Shown: piece after piece, positions 19,453 through 28,270 of the stretch | Numbering within the stretch: position 1 is the stretch's first letter | How the letters are laid out: each line of letters opens with the position of its first letter | From: Methanomassiliicoccales archaeon | GTDB lineage: Archaea > Thermoplasmatota > Thermoplasmata > RBG-16-68-12 > SOIM01 | NCBI GenBank assembly: GCA_004377185.1 | Contig: SOIM01000059.1 | Span: 10,999 to 74,998, forward strand | Direction: 5' to 3' | DNA: 64,000 bases | Notes under the pieces: model-generated | Database searches by the model: none | The model's input: the letters and a program-made list of their open reading frames with translations, nothing else | Told to the model about the DNA's origin: nothing | Program-made: the position numbers and the translations under genes

Positions 19453-22400
19453 ATGATACGAGGGCCTAGAAAAGTCTACGCAAGTGTGTTAGTGTTCCTG
19501 ATGCTTTTTTCTTCGTTTATCTCGCTAGGTGTAGCAGAGCAAGACACGGGACAGAACGAGATAGAACCTCTGATGGAGAACCCAACAGAACAGCCTTATT
19601 CTGAGGATAACGCGTACCAGGGAGAAGAAACCGCAGATATGGGAAAGGTCTCGCAGTCCTTGTTCCCTAGAATGAACTCCAAAGAGAAGATACCCATAAT
19701 CATCGCAACTAACGACATCTCGGAACTGTCTGCTGCCTTGCAGGGCGTTGATTTCGAAGGAACAATCGGTACCGAGAAGAGCAGCTTTGAAGGAATCTCA
19801 CTGCCGCTACTGAATGTACCCGGTTATGCCATCGAGAGAATCGCCTCCCTTCCATCTACCATATACATAGAAGAATTCGAGACCCCGATAAGGGACTATG
19901 CTCCCTCGTACGAGCCTCTCCGCTCCCGGAACATAATTGCGAACAACCTCAACTCAACGATAAATCACCAGGCGAACCTGGCTTGGGCGGAGGGATACAC
20001 TGGAAAGGACGTCCAGATAGCAGTTCTCGATGACGGCATAGATTTCGCCCACCCGGACCTCATGGAAAAGATGGCGCGGGTGGACTCGATATTCCAGGTG
20101 GAGAACGAGACGGTGGTTGACTCTATTGACTCGGGCCAGACCTTCGCAGCACTCCGCAACTTCGACATCGTGGACGGATCATACATATTCTACAGGAACG
20201 GAAACCCCATGACCCCCTTCACCGAATACTATCTCCACTTGTGGAATGGAACGGTACAGTTCAACCAATCACTCCCACCGGGTACGAACGTCAAGGCGAC
20301 GTACAAATTCTATTCTCCATACTATGGATGGCCCATCAGTTTTGATCCCGGTTCCCTGAGAACACTGATAGATACAAGATACCCAACGGACACATGGTAC
20401 GCGAACACCACATCCGATGACAGGAACGTCACTCATACGATAAAGATCGATGGAAGGTTCGACTTCTGGGATGACGGAAGTGAGCTGGTTGCGACAGATT
20501 CCAATGCGGACATGATCACACGTCCAGGTCAGCCCACCCATGAAGGGAATGACTACAACCTCATTTCGCTATATGTGACTCAAGATGCAGATTTCTGGTA
20601 CTTCGGCTTTGACAGTCTGGCAAATCAAACAACAATGAAATTCGGGCTCTACATAAACACAACGAGTTCTCCCCCATGGGATCAAGGTGGGACATACGAT
20701 CCTGAGAATACCTATGATGATGGGATGGTTAACCTGTCATTGGTTGGATCAATCCCTGAGCATCGACCTGAAGTTGTAGTGTACATCCCGCATCAGGGCG
20801 GAGAGGAGCGCGGGAACTGGAGCAAGAACGACACGATTGAAGATGCAACGGTCTGGATATGGGAAGACGACAGTCCCAATATGTGGAGCGGTTATGGCAT
20901 CAAGAGCATTGGGGGAGACATGAACTACGGGGGATGGGACTACGATGAGCTGAGAGGAGTGGTTGAGTTCAGCATCCCCAAGTCGGTACTGGGCTATCCC
21001 GAGAACATCTCTGTGGAACTGTTCACCACCGGGTTCAACGTGAGTCACGTGCAAGATACCGTGTACACTGACCCCAACATTCCTGTTTTCACCAATCCCG
21101 ATTGGAGCTTCATTCAGACAAACTTATCTGCCTTTGTCATTGTTGGAAAAGATATCGCAAACCAGAAAGGATTCTGGAGGCATACCTACACTAGAGTGGA
21201 CGACACTGTGGGTGGGGTTCCCAACACAAATATGACTTGGCCCTTGAAGTATATCCCAACAGGGACAAGCAAGAGCGGTAAATACTGGTACGGCGACCAT
21301 CCTGAGGAGAATTATCCTTTGACGAGGGTATTGGTCGTTGACGAGAGCGAGGCAGGGGTGTACGACACAGTCTACATGGACTTGGACCATAACAGAGACT
21401 TCCGAAACGACAAGCCGGTGAAGAAGTATGGCGTGTACGATGCTGAGTTGAAATGGCATCCTCCGAATTGGTCGGGTAACGGAACGATGTACGACGATGT
21501 GGGCTACGGGGACTTCTATGATCCCGCAAAGGGCGTGACATCCTTGGATTGGTCTCCGGACGGGACGTTGATTGCCAGCGGCTCTGACGATCACACAATA
21601 GTCATCTGGGAGTTGGGTCCGCCTGTCACCTATCAGAAGCAACTCCACGCACATTATGGAAGAGTGAAATCAATCAGATGGTCTCCCAACGGGACCTGGC
21701 TGGCTGCCGGATACGACGATCGTTCAGGTAATGGAGACTTCACGGTTGCCATTTGGGATGTGTCAAACGGAACAATATTCTACAACCTCACAGGGCACAC
21801 AGAAGGTGTTTGGGGAGTTGATTGGTCACCTACTGGTGACAGACTGGTCTCTGTATCCTTGGACAGCACACTGAAGATATGGGACGCGGTGACCGGTACT
21901 CTAGAGAAGACATACACCAACCACACTGGTCCGATATACGATGTCCACTGGGCTTCTGATGGAAGAATTGCGACAGCATCTCAGGACATGACGGCAAAGA
22001 TCTGGGATGCAAATGCAGCTCCGAGCGACCCAGTTGTCGCAGAATTCGTAGACCCGTCTTTCCCAGAACCTTTGACGGCAGTTTCCATTAATCCCACACG
22101 AGACTGGATCACATACGGATCTTCAAGGGGGTATATTACCATAGTCAACATATCCACAAGCGCCAGCGACCGGTTTCTGCCTCATAACGAGTTCCATAGG
22201 ATCTGGACTTTGAAATGGGCTCCTGATGGGGTCAGGTTACTTAGCACATCAGAGTCTTTCCCAACTTATACAAACGATCCTACCCTCGTAGTTCGGGATT
22301 GGTATGGCCTTGGCCTCGGGGAGTGTGGTGTTAAGAAGGTTACCGGTTCCCATAATGGAGAGTCTGTTCGAGCGGGAAGCTGGTCAACCAATGACACAAC

Positions 22401-25400
22401 ACTCCTTACGGGGGGAGACGACCAGTACGTCCAGATGTGGAGTGCCGGAAGACCGCTGATAAATATAGCTCCCAATGGCGAGGGATTCAAAGGTCACGAG
22501 GAAGGTTCCTTGGACTATACAAGATGGAACACAGGAGACGGTCTGCCTGATGTCTCGGGTGGCATGGTCTACTACATCGCACAGCATAGGTTCAATGATG
22601 TCTTGAACGAACTGCATGAAGTCCCCATCCCATACTCGGAGACGTACGTAGAAAGACTCGGTGGTGATGTCCAGAATTTCATAGCCGAGAACGGAACACT
22701 GGTCGCGATAACGGGCAATCTGGACATGGACATGAACCACGGTACATTGGTTGCATCCTCAATATCAGGACTTGGAAGGACCGAGTACTTCGATCCTTCG
22801 ATGGATGTTCCGACCGTCGGACACGTCATGGGATTCGCTCCGGACGTGAAGCTGGTTTCCGTGGCGAACATCTACTACAGCAACTACTACGATGGATGGT
22901 ACTTCGCCGTTGAAGGTTATGATGGAATACGCGACACAGGGGACGAACCTCAAATCGTATCCAACAGCTTCGGCTTCGCGAACATTGATTACGCTGGTTT
23001 TGATTTCAAGTCCAGATTCCTCGACTGGCTCGTGAACGAATATGCAGATAAGAAACTGACCTTCACTTTCTCGGCAGGAAACAGCGGCTATGGATACGGA
23101 ACGGTCTCCACACCGGCATCCTCTCCTGGAGTCATAACTGTGGGAGCTTCTTCCGACTTCTTCTACAGGCACCTCTCAGGCCTTGAAGATGGCGCCCATC
23201 CAACATACGGGGATGTGGCAGTAGAGTCCTCAAGAGGCCCGACCATGATGGGAGAGCCTGACCCTGACATACTGGCGAACGGAAGGATGGCCTTTGGAAG
23301 TACGGCCCTGAACCAAGTGACCTATCGTCCCTACGACGGATCGCAGGCGACGAACCTCTGGGCAGGAACGAGCCTCTCATCCCCTGGAGTGGCCGCAATG
23401 CTGGCCCTCGCGTTCCAGGCCTACAAAGAAAATCACGGTTACTATCCTAATGCCACTACTGCGAAGTCAATGGTGATGAGCTCGGGAGACGACATGAACT
23501 ACGACATCCTATCTCAAGGGGCAGGAATGCTCAATGCCAAGAGACTTACGGACATCGCGTCCGATACAGACGGGGTGCAGGTCTATCCCAACAACTGGGT
23601 ACCAGGAAACTACAAGGGAACCAGATACCAATCGTTCGCCAAACTGATGTATCCAGGTCAGCAGGATGACAACACAGAAACCTTCACAATAAGCAACCAC
23701 AACCCGAGCACTGCAAAGAACGTTGACATCTACGATGCTGTCTATCAAAAGGTGGACGAGGTTACCTATTCGTTCACAACTGTCGCGGAGGACAGGGCTG
23801 AATGGCAGTACATCCTAGCAACAGGCCGTTTCGCAATCAATGCAAGTCAGCCCGGAGTGTATGAGCCTGGTGTATATGACTTGGACCAGAACAAGCTGGC
23901 GGACATAAACCTCACCAATTGGCTGAACGCGGACCTGCTGCGGATAACCATGTACTTGAAGTGGACGGACTTGGATGACAACGCGGATGGGAATCCGGAC
24001 TACAGCTACTTCCTGGACGTATACGACTGGACCAAGAACCCGATCGACATGGAGGAAGAACCACATCCAGGAGACTACCGTGACATGAATAGAATGTTGA
24101 TTTCCTATCCTGATGCAAACATATTTGAAGGGAGGGTCCACAACCCAGCGCAGAGAACGCATGACGGATTGGTCATAGGGACCAGGCCGGGTATCCAAGC
24201 TGGCCGAATGGGAGCCGTCGGTGCACGCATCATGGTCTCTCTGGAGTTCTTCGAGAAGAGAGATTGGAACTGGCTCACCTTGGACAAGAACTCTGTGACT
24301 CTGCAACTGATAGGCGCCGGTGACAGCGACACGTTCACCGCCACAGTTGATGTTCCGGCCAACACCTCAGTTGGATCATACCAGGGAGGCATTTACCTCA
24401 GGACAGAGGGTGGCTATGAGAACGAGACGACTGTCGTGGAAAGCACGAGGGGCATGCGCTTCATTCGCCTGGAGAGATATCACGCGAAGTCCGCAACAGT
24501 ATATCTCAATGGTGGGCTGCAAACGGAAGGTGTCGACTATGTCCTCCATGCAGATAACGGGATCGTGGAATTCGTCAGCCCGTTGAACAACTTCGATCAG
24601 GTGATAGTCAATTACACCTACTATGATGTTACGACAATACCAGTACTTGTAAACGTACCTTCGGACGGAATAGAGTTCAGCTTTGGAGGAGTTGAGGCCG
24701 GTCAGGATGACCTGTATTCCAACAGAGTCAACGGTGGGTTTGGAAACGGGGCGAAATCAGGAGACTGGCGGTACTACTTCGTGGATGTGCCTGACCAAGG
24801 GATGTTCGATTCCGAGACGGGGGCCAAGTTCCTGGTGGATGTCTGGTGGGACATGCCCAGAACGGACATAGATGTCCTTGCCTATGGCCCAGGAGGTGCA
24901 AGAGGTGGCTTGGATCCCAAAGTGGTTCTCTCTCCTACTCTATACGGACCTTATGAGCTCTTCAGGTCAAATGGTGGAAGCGAGGAGACTGCCAACTTCT
25001 TCACGACCACAGGCGAGAACGAAGAGATAGTCGCACCCAAGATATCTGGTGGTCTCAACGTCATTGCGCTTCATCAAGTGAGGCTGAATGGAACGATACA
25101 CTGGGAGAATGTGTCAGGAAATGTCGCATCCATGTCCGTTGTGCCAGAGGAGATCAAGATCATCACGAACCAACTCGAAGGTAGGACGGACCTTCGCATG
25201 CATTCTACCATTCCCTGGTTCGGAATAGGTAGCCAATCGGCAGGTCCTTCGCCACCGGTCCGAGAAATCAACGTACCCATAAAACAGGACAATGTCGAGG
25301 GAGACAGCTTCATTAAACTTCTGGCACAGGGCGGCTACACCAAGGTCGTGAACGTCCTGCCGACCGCTTTGATCTTTGCGGTCAACATAACAAGTCTGGA

Positions 25401-27435
25401 GGAATGGACGGACAAACCATGTAAGGATTTGGACTTGGGCATCTTCTTGGATGGAAAGGGTCCCGACAACACACCAGATGGAGAAGCTACCGAAGACGAG
25501 TTCGTGGCCTATGACGCCGATCCGGATGCCGAGGAGGGCGTAAGGCTCATCAAACCTCCTGTTTTTGACGACCCGGACACGCCTCACATCAACGAGCAGG
25601 AAGTGGGTGTTCCCTACATCATCAAAGTGCTCGGATACACCGTTCCAGGCGGTCAAGGTACCTTCAACATCGATGTGACCCTTGTTCAGGGAGCTGGATT
25701 CAAGGTCGAGGGGCTGAAAGAGGAAGACGATGAATGGGGACCGTTAGAGCTCTCAAGGATAAACCTCACTTGGGACCTACCTGGAAACACTACAGACGGC
25801 AAGATGCTGGGAGCCTTGTACCTAGGACCATACAGGTCACCCTTCACCGTTCTGATACCCATCGAACTGATAGTGGACAGGGTGAAACCAGAGGTGACCG
25901 ATTTCGCTCTGAGGACGCCCGGCAAGGAAATAGATGTGGAAACAAACAGAACGACAAATCATAAACAGCCTGACATATCCTGCACTCTAAGGGACACAGA
26001 TAGGGGAGAACTGGACTGGAGAAGTGTCAGGGTATTCTTTGATGGAGAGAACGTAACCAGCATTGCTCTAATCGATATAGCATTCACGGAAAGCGGAGGG
26101 CAACAGGGCTATTTCGAAGGGAAGGTCATCTTCACACCACCGAACAGGCTTGCCGAAGGCTCTCACTCATTCGAGGTCTACGCTTCGGACATCGCTGGAA
26201 ACGAGAACTACGGCAAACTGGATTTCTTGATCGACAGCCAGGCCCCCGATCTCATTCTTGAGGGAGGCTTGGTGGAAGCCACTACAAGCCCTGTCGCCAC
26301 TGTGAGCGGTTGGACTGAACCTGACAAGACTGTGATCATCCGAGAGAAGACAGTGATATCGGATGGGGAAGGATATTTCGAGGCCGACCTGGACTTGGTT
26401 CCTGGCCAGAACCCAATCGATGTCGTTGTTGTGGACTTCTTCGGTATGACGAGCGGAGAGGAAATGGTCCGATCCAACTCCCGTGGCTTGCAGAAGGTGA
26501 TCATCTATGACACCATCTCACCCACACTGACCAGTCTGAGATTTGACAAATCTTCGCCAACCAGTGCGGACATCGCCTATCTCAGTGGAAAGGTTGAGGA
26601 CCTGATAGCCGAAGAAACACCCTATGACCCATCTGCGGTCCAGGTGACTGTGAACGGGGAGTCTGTGACTGTGGAGAGCGATGGCGTTTTCGGTCTGTTG
26701 GTCTCGCTGCAGGAAGGTATCAATACCCATTTCGTTGAAGCGACAGACATGGCAGGGAACTCGGTGAGCATCTACAGGAACATCACAAAGGACACGGTGG
26801 CACCTGCCCTTGACCTGGAAGATGTTCCATCGAGAACGGAGGAGGGAAGGGTTGTCATCCGAGGAACGGCTGAACCTGGAAGTCTCGTGACAGTCAACGG
26901 CAAGTTCGTCCATCTGGACGGTGCTACAGGCAGCTTCGAGGAAGAAATCGCGCTTGGCAGAGGTGCCAATCTAATCATAGTCGAAGCGGTGGATTCGGCC
27001 GGAAATCTCAGGGCCAGCAGGTTGGTCATTGAGATGAGTGTTCCGGACATCCTGCCGTACGCGCTCATAGCTGTGGGAATAATCGTGGGTCTTGTTGTGG
27101 GCTTGATTGTCGGCATGACTCTCCGCCCGAAAGAGGAGGAAGAGATGCTCGAAGAAGAGGAAATCTTCGAGGAGGAGGAAGAGATTCCGGAGGAAGTGCT
27201 AGAGGAGGAAGAGGAGATCTCAGAAGAGGTTCTCGAGGAGGCACCTGAAGAAGAAGTAGCTCCTGTTCCTGAGGAAGAAGTTGGCGAGCCCGAAGCAGAA
27301 CCGGAAGAACCCGAGGCCCCAGTGGTGGATATCGACAAGGAAGAAAGACTGGCAAGGCTTGAGAAAGCGTACAAAGAGGGCAAGCTCACCAAAGAGCTGT
27401 ACGAACTCAACATGAAGAAGATCCTCGGGAAGTAG
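19453..27435 (+). CDS. giant (2660 aa) membrane-anchored S8 subtilisin-like serine protease with an inserted WD40 propeller, Ig-like domains, a C-terminal TM helix and an acidic/SHOCT-like cytoplasmic tail
   Basis: Signal peptide MIRGPRKVYASVLVFLMLFSSFISLGVA. Catalytic triad motifs: Asp in VQIAVLDDGIDFAHPDL (D193, nt 20029), His in NHGTLVASSISG (H1096, nt 22738), Ser in AGTSLSSPGVAAMLAL (S1307, nt 23371). The oxyanion region is SNSFGF. The TM helix ILPYALIAVGIIVGLVVGLIVGM is at about 27049-27123. Confidence 0.85.
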   Translation: MIRGPRKVYASVLVFLMLFSSFISLGVAEQDTGQNEIEPLMENPTEQPYSEDNAYQGEETADMGKVSQSLFPRMNSKEKIPIIIATNDISELSAALQGVDFEGTIGTEKSSFEGISLPLLNVPGYAIERIASLPSTIYIEEFETPIRDYAPSYEPLRSRNIIANNLNSTINHQANLAWAEGYTGKDVQIAVLDDGIDFAHPDLMEKMARVDSIFQVENETVVDSIDSGQTFAALRNFDIVDGSYIFYRNGNPMTPFTEYYLHLWNGTVQFNQSLPPGTNVKATYKFYSPYYGWPISFDPGSLRTLIDTRYPTDTWYANTTSDDRNVTHTIKIDGRFDFWDDGSELVATDSNADMITRPGQPTHEGNDYNLISLYVTQDADFWYFGFDSLANQTTMKFGLYINTTSSPPWDQGGTYDPENTYDDGMVNLSLVGSIPEHRPEVVVYIPHQGGEERGNWSKNDTIEDATVWIWEDDSPNMWSGYGIKSIGGDMNYGGWDYDELRGVVEFSIPKSVLGYPENISVELFTTGFNVSHVQDTVYTDPNIPVFTNPDWSFIQTNLSAFVIVGKDIANQKGFWRHTYTRVDDTVGGVPNTNMTWPLKYIPTGTSKSGKYWYGDHPEENYPLTRVLVVDESEAGVYDTVYMDLDHNRDFRNDKPVKKYGVYDAELKWHPPNWSGNGTMYDDVGYGDFYDPAKGVTSLDWSPDGTLIASGSDDHTIVIWELGPPVTYQKQLHAHYGRVKSIRWSPNGTWLAAGYDDRSGNGDFTVAIWDVSNGTIFYNLTGHTEGVWGVDWSPTGDRLVSVSLDSTLKIWDAVTGTLEKTYTNHTGPIYDVHWASDGRIATASQDMTAKIWDANAAPSDPVVAEFVDPSFPEPLTAVSINPTRDWITYGSSRGYITIVNISTSASDRFLPHNEFHRIWTLKWAPDGVRLLSTSESFPTYTNDPTLVVRDWYGLGLGECGVKKVTGSHNGESVRAGSWSTNDTTLLTGGDDQYVQMWSAGRPLINIAPNGEGFKGHEEGSLDYTRWNTGDGLPDVSGGMVYYIAQHRFNDVLNELHEVPIPYSETYVERLGGDVQNFIAENGTLVAITGNLDMDMNHGTLVASSISGLGRTEYFDPSMDVPTVGHVMGFAPDVKLVSVANIYYSNYYDGWYFAVEGYDGIRDTGDEPQIVSNSFGFANIDYAGFDFKSRFLDWLVNEYADKKLTFTFSAGNSGYGYGTVSTPASSPGVITVGASSDFFYRHLSGLEDGAHPTYGDVAVESSRGPTMMGEPDPDILANGRMAFGSTALNQVTYRPYDGSQATNLWAGTSLSSPGVAAMLALAFQAYKENHGYYPNATTAKSMVMSSGDDMNYDILSQGAGMLNAKRLTDIASDTDGVQVYPNNWVPGNYKGTRYQSFAKLMYPGQQDDNTETFTISNHNPSTAKNVDIYDAVYQKVDEVTYSFTTVAEDRAEWQYILATGRFAINASQPGVYEPGVYDLDQNKLADINLTNWLNADLLRITMYLKWTDLDDNADGNPDYSYFLDVYDWTKNPIDMEEEPHPGDYRDMNRMLISYPDANIFEGRVHNPAQRTHDGLVIGTRPGIQAGRMGAVGARIMVSLEFFEKRDWNWLTLDKNSVTLQLIGAGDSDTFTATVDVPANTSVGSYQGGIYLRTEGGYENETTVVESTRGMRFIRLERYHAKSATVYLNGGLQTEGVDYVLHADNGIVEFVSPLNNFDQVIVNYTYYDVTTIPVLVNVPSDGIEFSFGGVEAGQDDLYSNRVNGGFGNGAKSGDWRYYFVDVPDQGMFDSETGAKFLVDVWWDMPRTDIDVLAYGPGGARGGLDPKVVLSPTLYGPYELFRSNGGSEETANFFTTTGENEEIVAPKISGGLNVIALHQVRLNGTIHWENVSGNVASMSVVPEEIKIITNQLEGRTDLRMHSTIPWFGIGSQSAGPSPPVREINVPIKQDNVEGDSFIKLLAQGGYTKVVNVLPTALIFAVNITSLEEWTDKPCKDLDLGIFLDGKGPDNTPDGEATEDEFVAYDADPDAEEGVRLIKPPVFDDPDTPHINEQEVGVPYIIKVLGYTVPGGQGTFNIDVTLVQGAGFKVEGLKEEDDEWGPLELSRINLTWDLPGNTTDGKMLGALYLGPYRSPFTVLIPIELIVDRVKPEVTDFALRTPGKEIDVETNRTTNHKQPDISCTLRDTDRGELDWRSVRVFFDGENVTSIALIDIAFTESGGQQGYFEGKVIFTPPNRLAEGSHSFEVYASDIAGNENYGKLDFLIDSQAPDLILEGGLVEATTSPVATVSGWTEPDKTVIIREKTVISDGEGYFEADLDLVPGQNPIDVVVVDFFGMTSGEEMVRSNSRGLQKVIIYDTISPTLTSLRFDKSSPTSADIAYLSGKVEDLIAEETPYDPSAVQVTVNGESVTVESDGVFGLLVSLQEGINTHFVEATDMAGNSVSIYRNITKDTVAPALDLEDVPSRTEEGRVVIRGTAEPGSLVTVNGKFVHLDGATGSFEEEIALGRGANLIIVEAVDSAGNLRASRLVIEMSVPDILPYALIAVGIIVGLVVGLIVGMTLRPKEEEEMLEEEEIFEEEEEIPEEVLEEEEEISEEVLEEAPEEEVAPVPEEEVGEPEAEPEEPEAPVVDIDKEERLARLEKAYKEGKLTKELYELNMKKILGK
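21531..22450 (+). other. WD40 repeat region (about 7 repeats) embedded in the subtilase, between catalytic Asp and His
   Basis: Repeats such as LDWSPDGTLIASGSDDHTIVIWE, GHTEGVWGVDWSPTGDRLVSVSLDSTLKIWD, HTGPIYDVHWASDGRIATASQDMTAKIWD and LLTGGDDQYVQMWS. Confidence 0.8.
27124..27432 (+). other. cytoplasmic tail of the subtilase: poly-Glu low-complexity segment plus a SHOCT-like terminal helix pair
   Basis: RPKEEEEMLEEEEIFEEEEEIPEEVLEEEEEISEEVLEEAPEEE... is followed by KEERLARLEKAYKEGKLTKELYELNMKKILGK. This matches the SHOCT pattern L..L..L...G.IT.EEY...K..LL. Confidence 0.5.
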
Positions 27436-27481
27436 CTTATTCGGAATCTATTTAGTTTGTATCTGTAATCTACCTAGCCAA

Positions 27482-27555
27482 GGGCCCATAGATCAGACCG
27501 GTAGATCGCTGCCTTCGCAAGGCAGAGGCCACGGGTTCGAGTCCCGTTGGGTCCA
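27482..27555 (+). tRNA. tRNA-Ala (anticodon CGC)
   Basis: Manual cloverleaf: acceptor GGGCCCA/TGGGTCC with a G3:U70 pair (Ala identity), D-stem GATC/GATC, anticodon stem CTGCC/GGCAG with loop TT-CGC-AA, T-arm ACGGG-TTCGAGT-CCCGT, discriminator A. No encoded CCA and no intron. Confidence 0.9.
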
Positions 27556-27696
27556 TCCCCATAAGGGTTCACAGCCTTTATTTACCTCAATGCCGACGTA
27601 GCTTGGAAGATTTGGGGCAAAGTGGGGGCTGGAGTACATGGAGGAGGCATTTATACTCTCACGGGAAAAATCATCACATTTTGGGGTTGACGACTC

Positions 27697-28086
27697 TTGG
27701 TGAACAAGACGGAACAGACAGTGAGACGAGAGATAGAGACACTGAAGCAAAAATGGGATGACTGGTTGAGAGAGGGCATGCCAGTACTAGACGAGACCGA
27801 CGACGACGAAATCTGGGACTTATTACATGACATCGACGAGCTAGGGGCTGAAGCATCGATATGGGTTGGAAGAGTATTGAAAGGAAGGAAGCACATATGG
27901 AGCCGGTCTAGGGGTAGATATCTTGAGAGGAAAATTCAGTCCCTACTAAAGCGAAAACCTGAGTATTCGGAAGCACTCGCAGAACTTAGTCGGATCTATT
28001 ATGAACTCAAAGAAATCCTGGTTCTAGTAGATATTGTAGGCAAGAGAAAACCTCGAGCAAGTGAAGACAGTTCGAAAATCGGCTAG
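27697..28086 (+). CDS. hypothetical acidic/helical protein (129 aa)
   Basis: TTG/GTG start at 27697/27700, about 40 nt downstream of ATTTATAC (27650-27657). I recognise no family. Confidence 0.45.
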   Translation: MVNKTEQTVRREIETLKQKWDDWLREGMPVLDETDDDEIWDLLHDIDELGAEASIWVGRVLKGRKHIWSRSRGRYLERKIQSLLKRKPEYSEALAELSRIYYELKEILVLVDIVGKRKPRASEDSSKIG

Positions 28087-28270
28087 ACTGGGACAGCAAC
28101 GCAGAATCAGAGAGTTCCTGTAGGTCAACTTCATTATTTCCACTGTCCTTCACTTGAGAATGAGACCTGAAAAGATTATGAGATTGCACCAATAGTCAGC
28201 ATTCCATTGACATAAACCTCGATCATGGACTTGTCACAACCAGCTGCAACCACGGAAATCCTCAGACAGA

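Noticed and set aside
26772-27413. 213-aa Ser-rich minus-strand ORF, and the 96-aa ORF 27065..27355
   Set aside because: These are mirror images of the GAA/GAG-rich poly-Glu tail of the giant protease (Glu codons read as Ser/Leu/Phe on the other strand). They are compositional artefacts.
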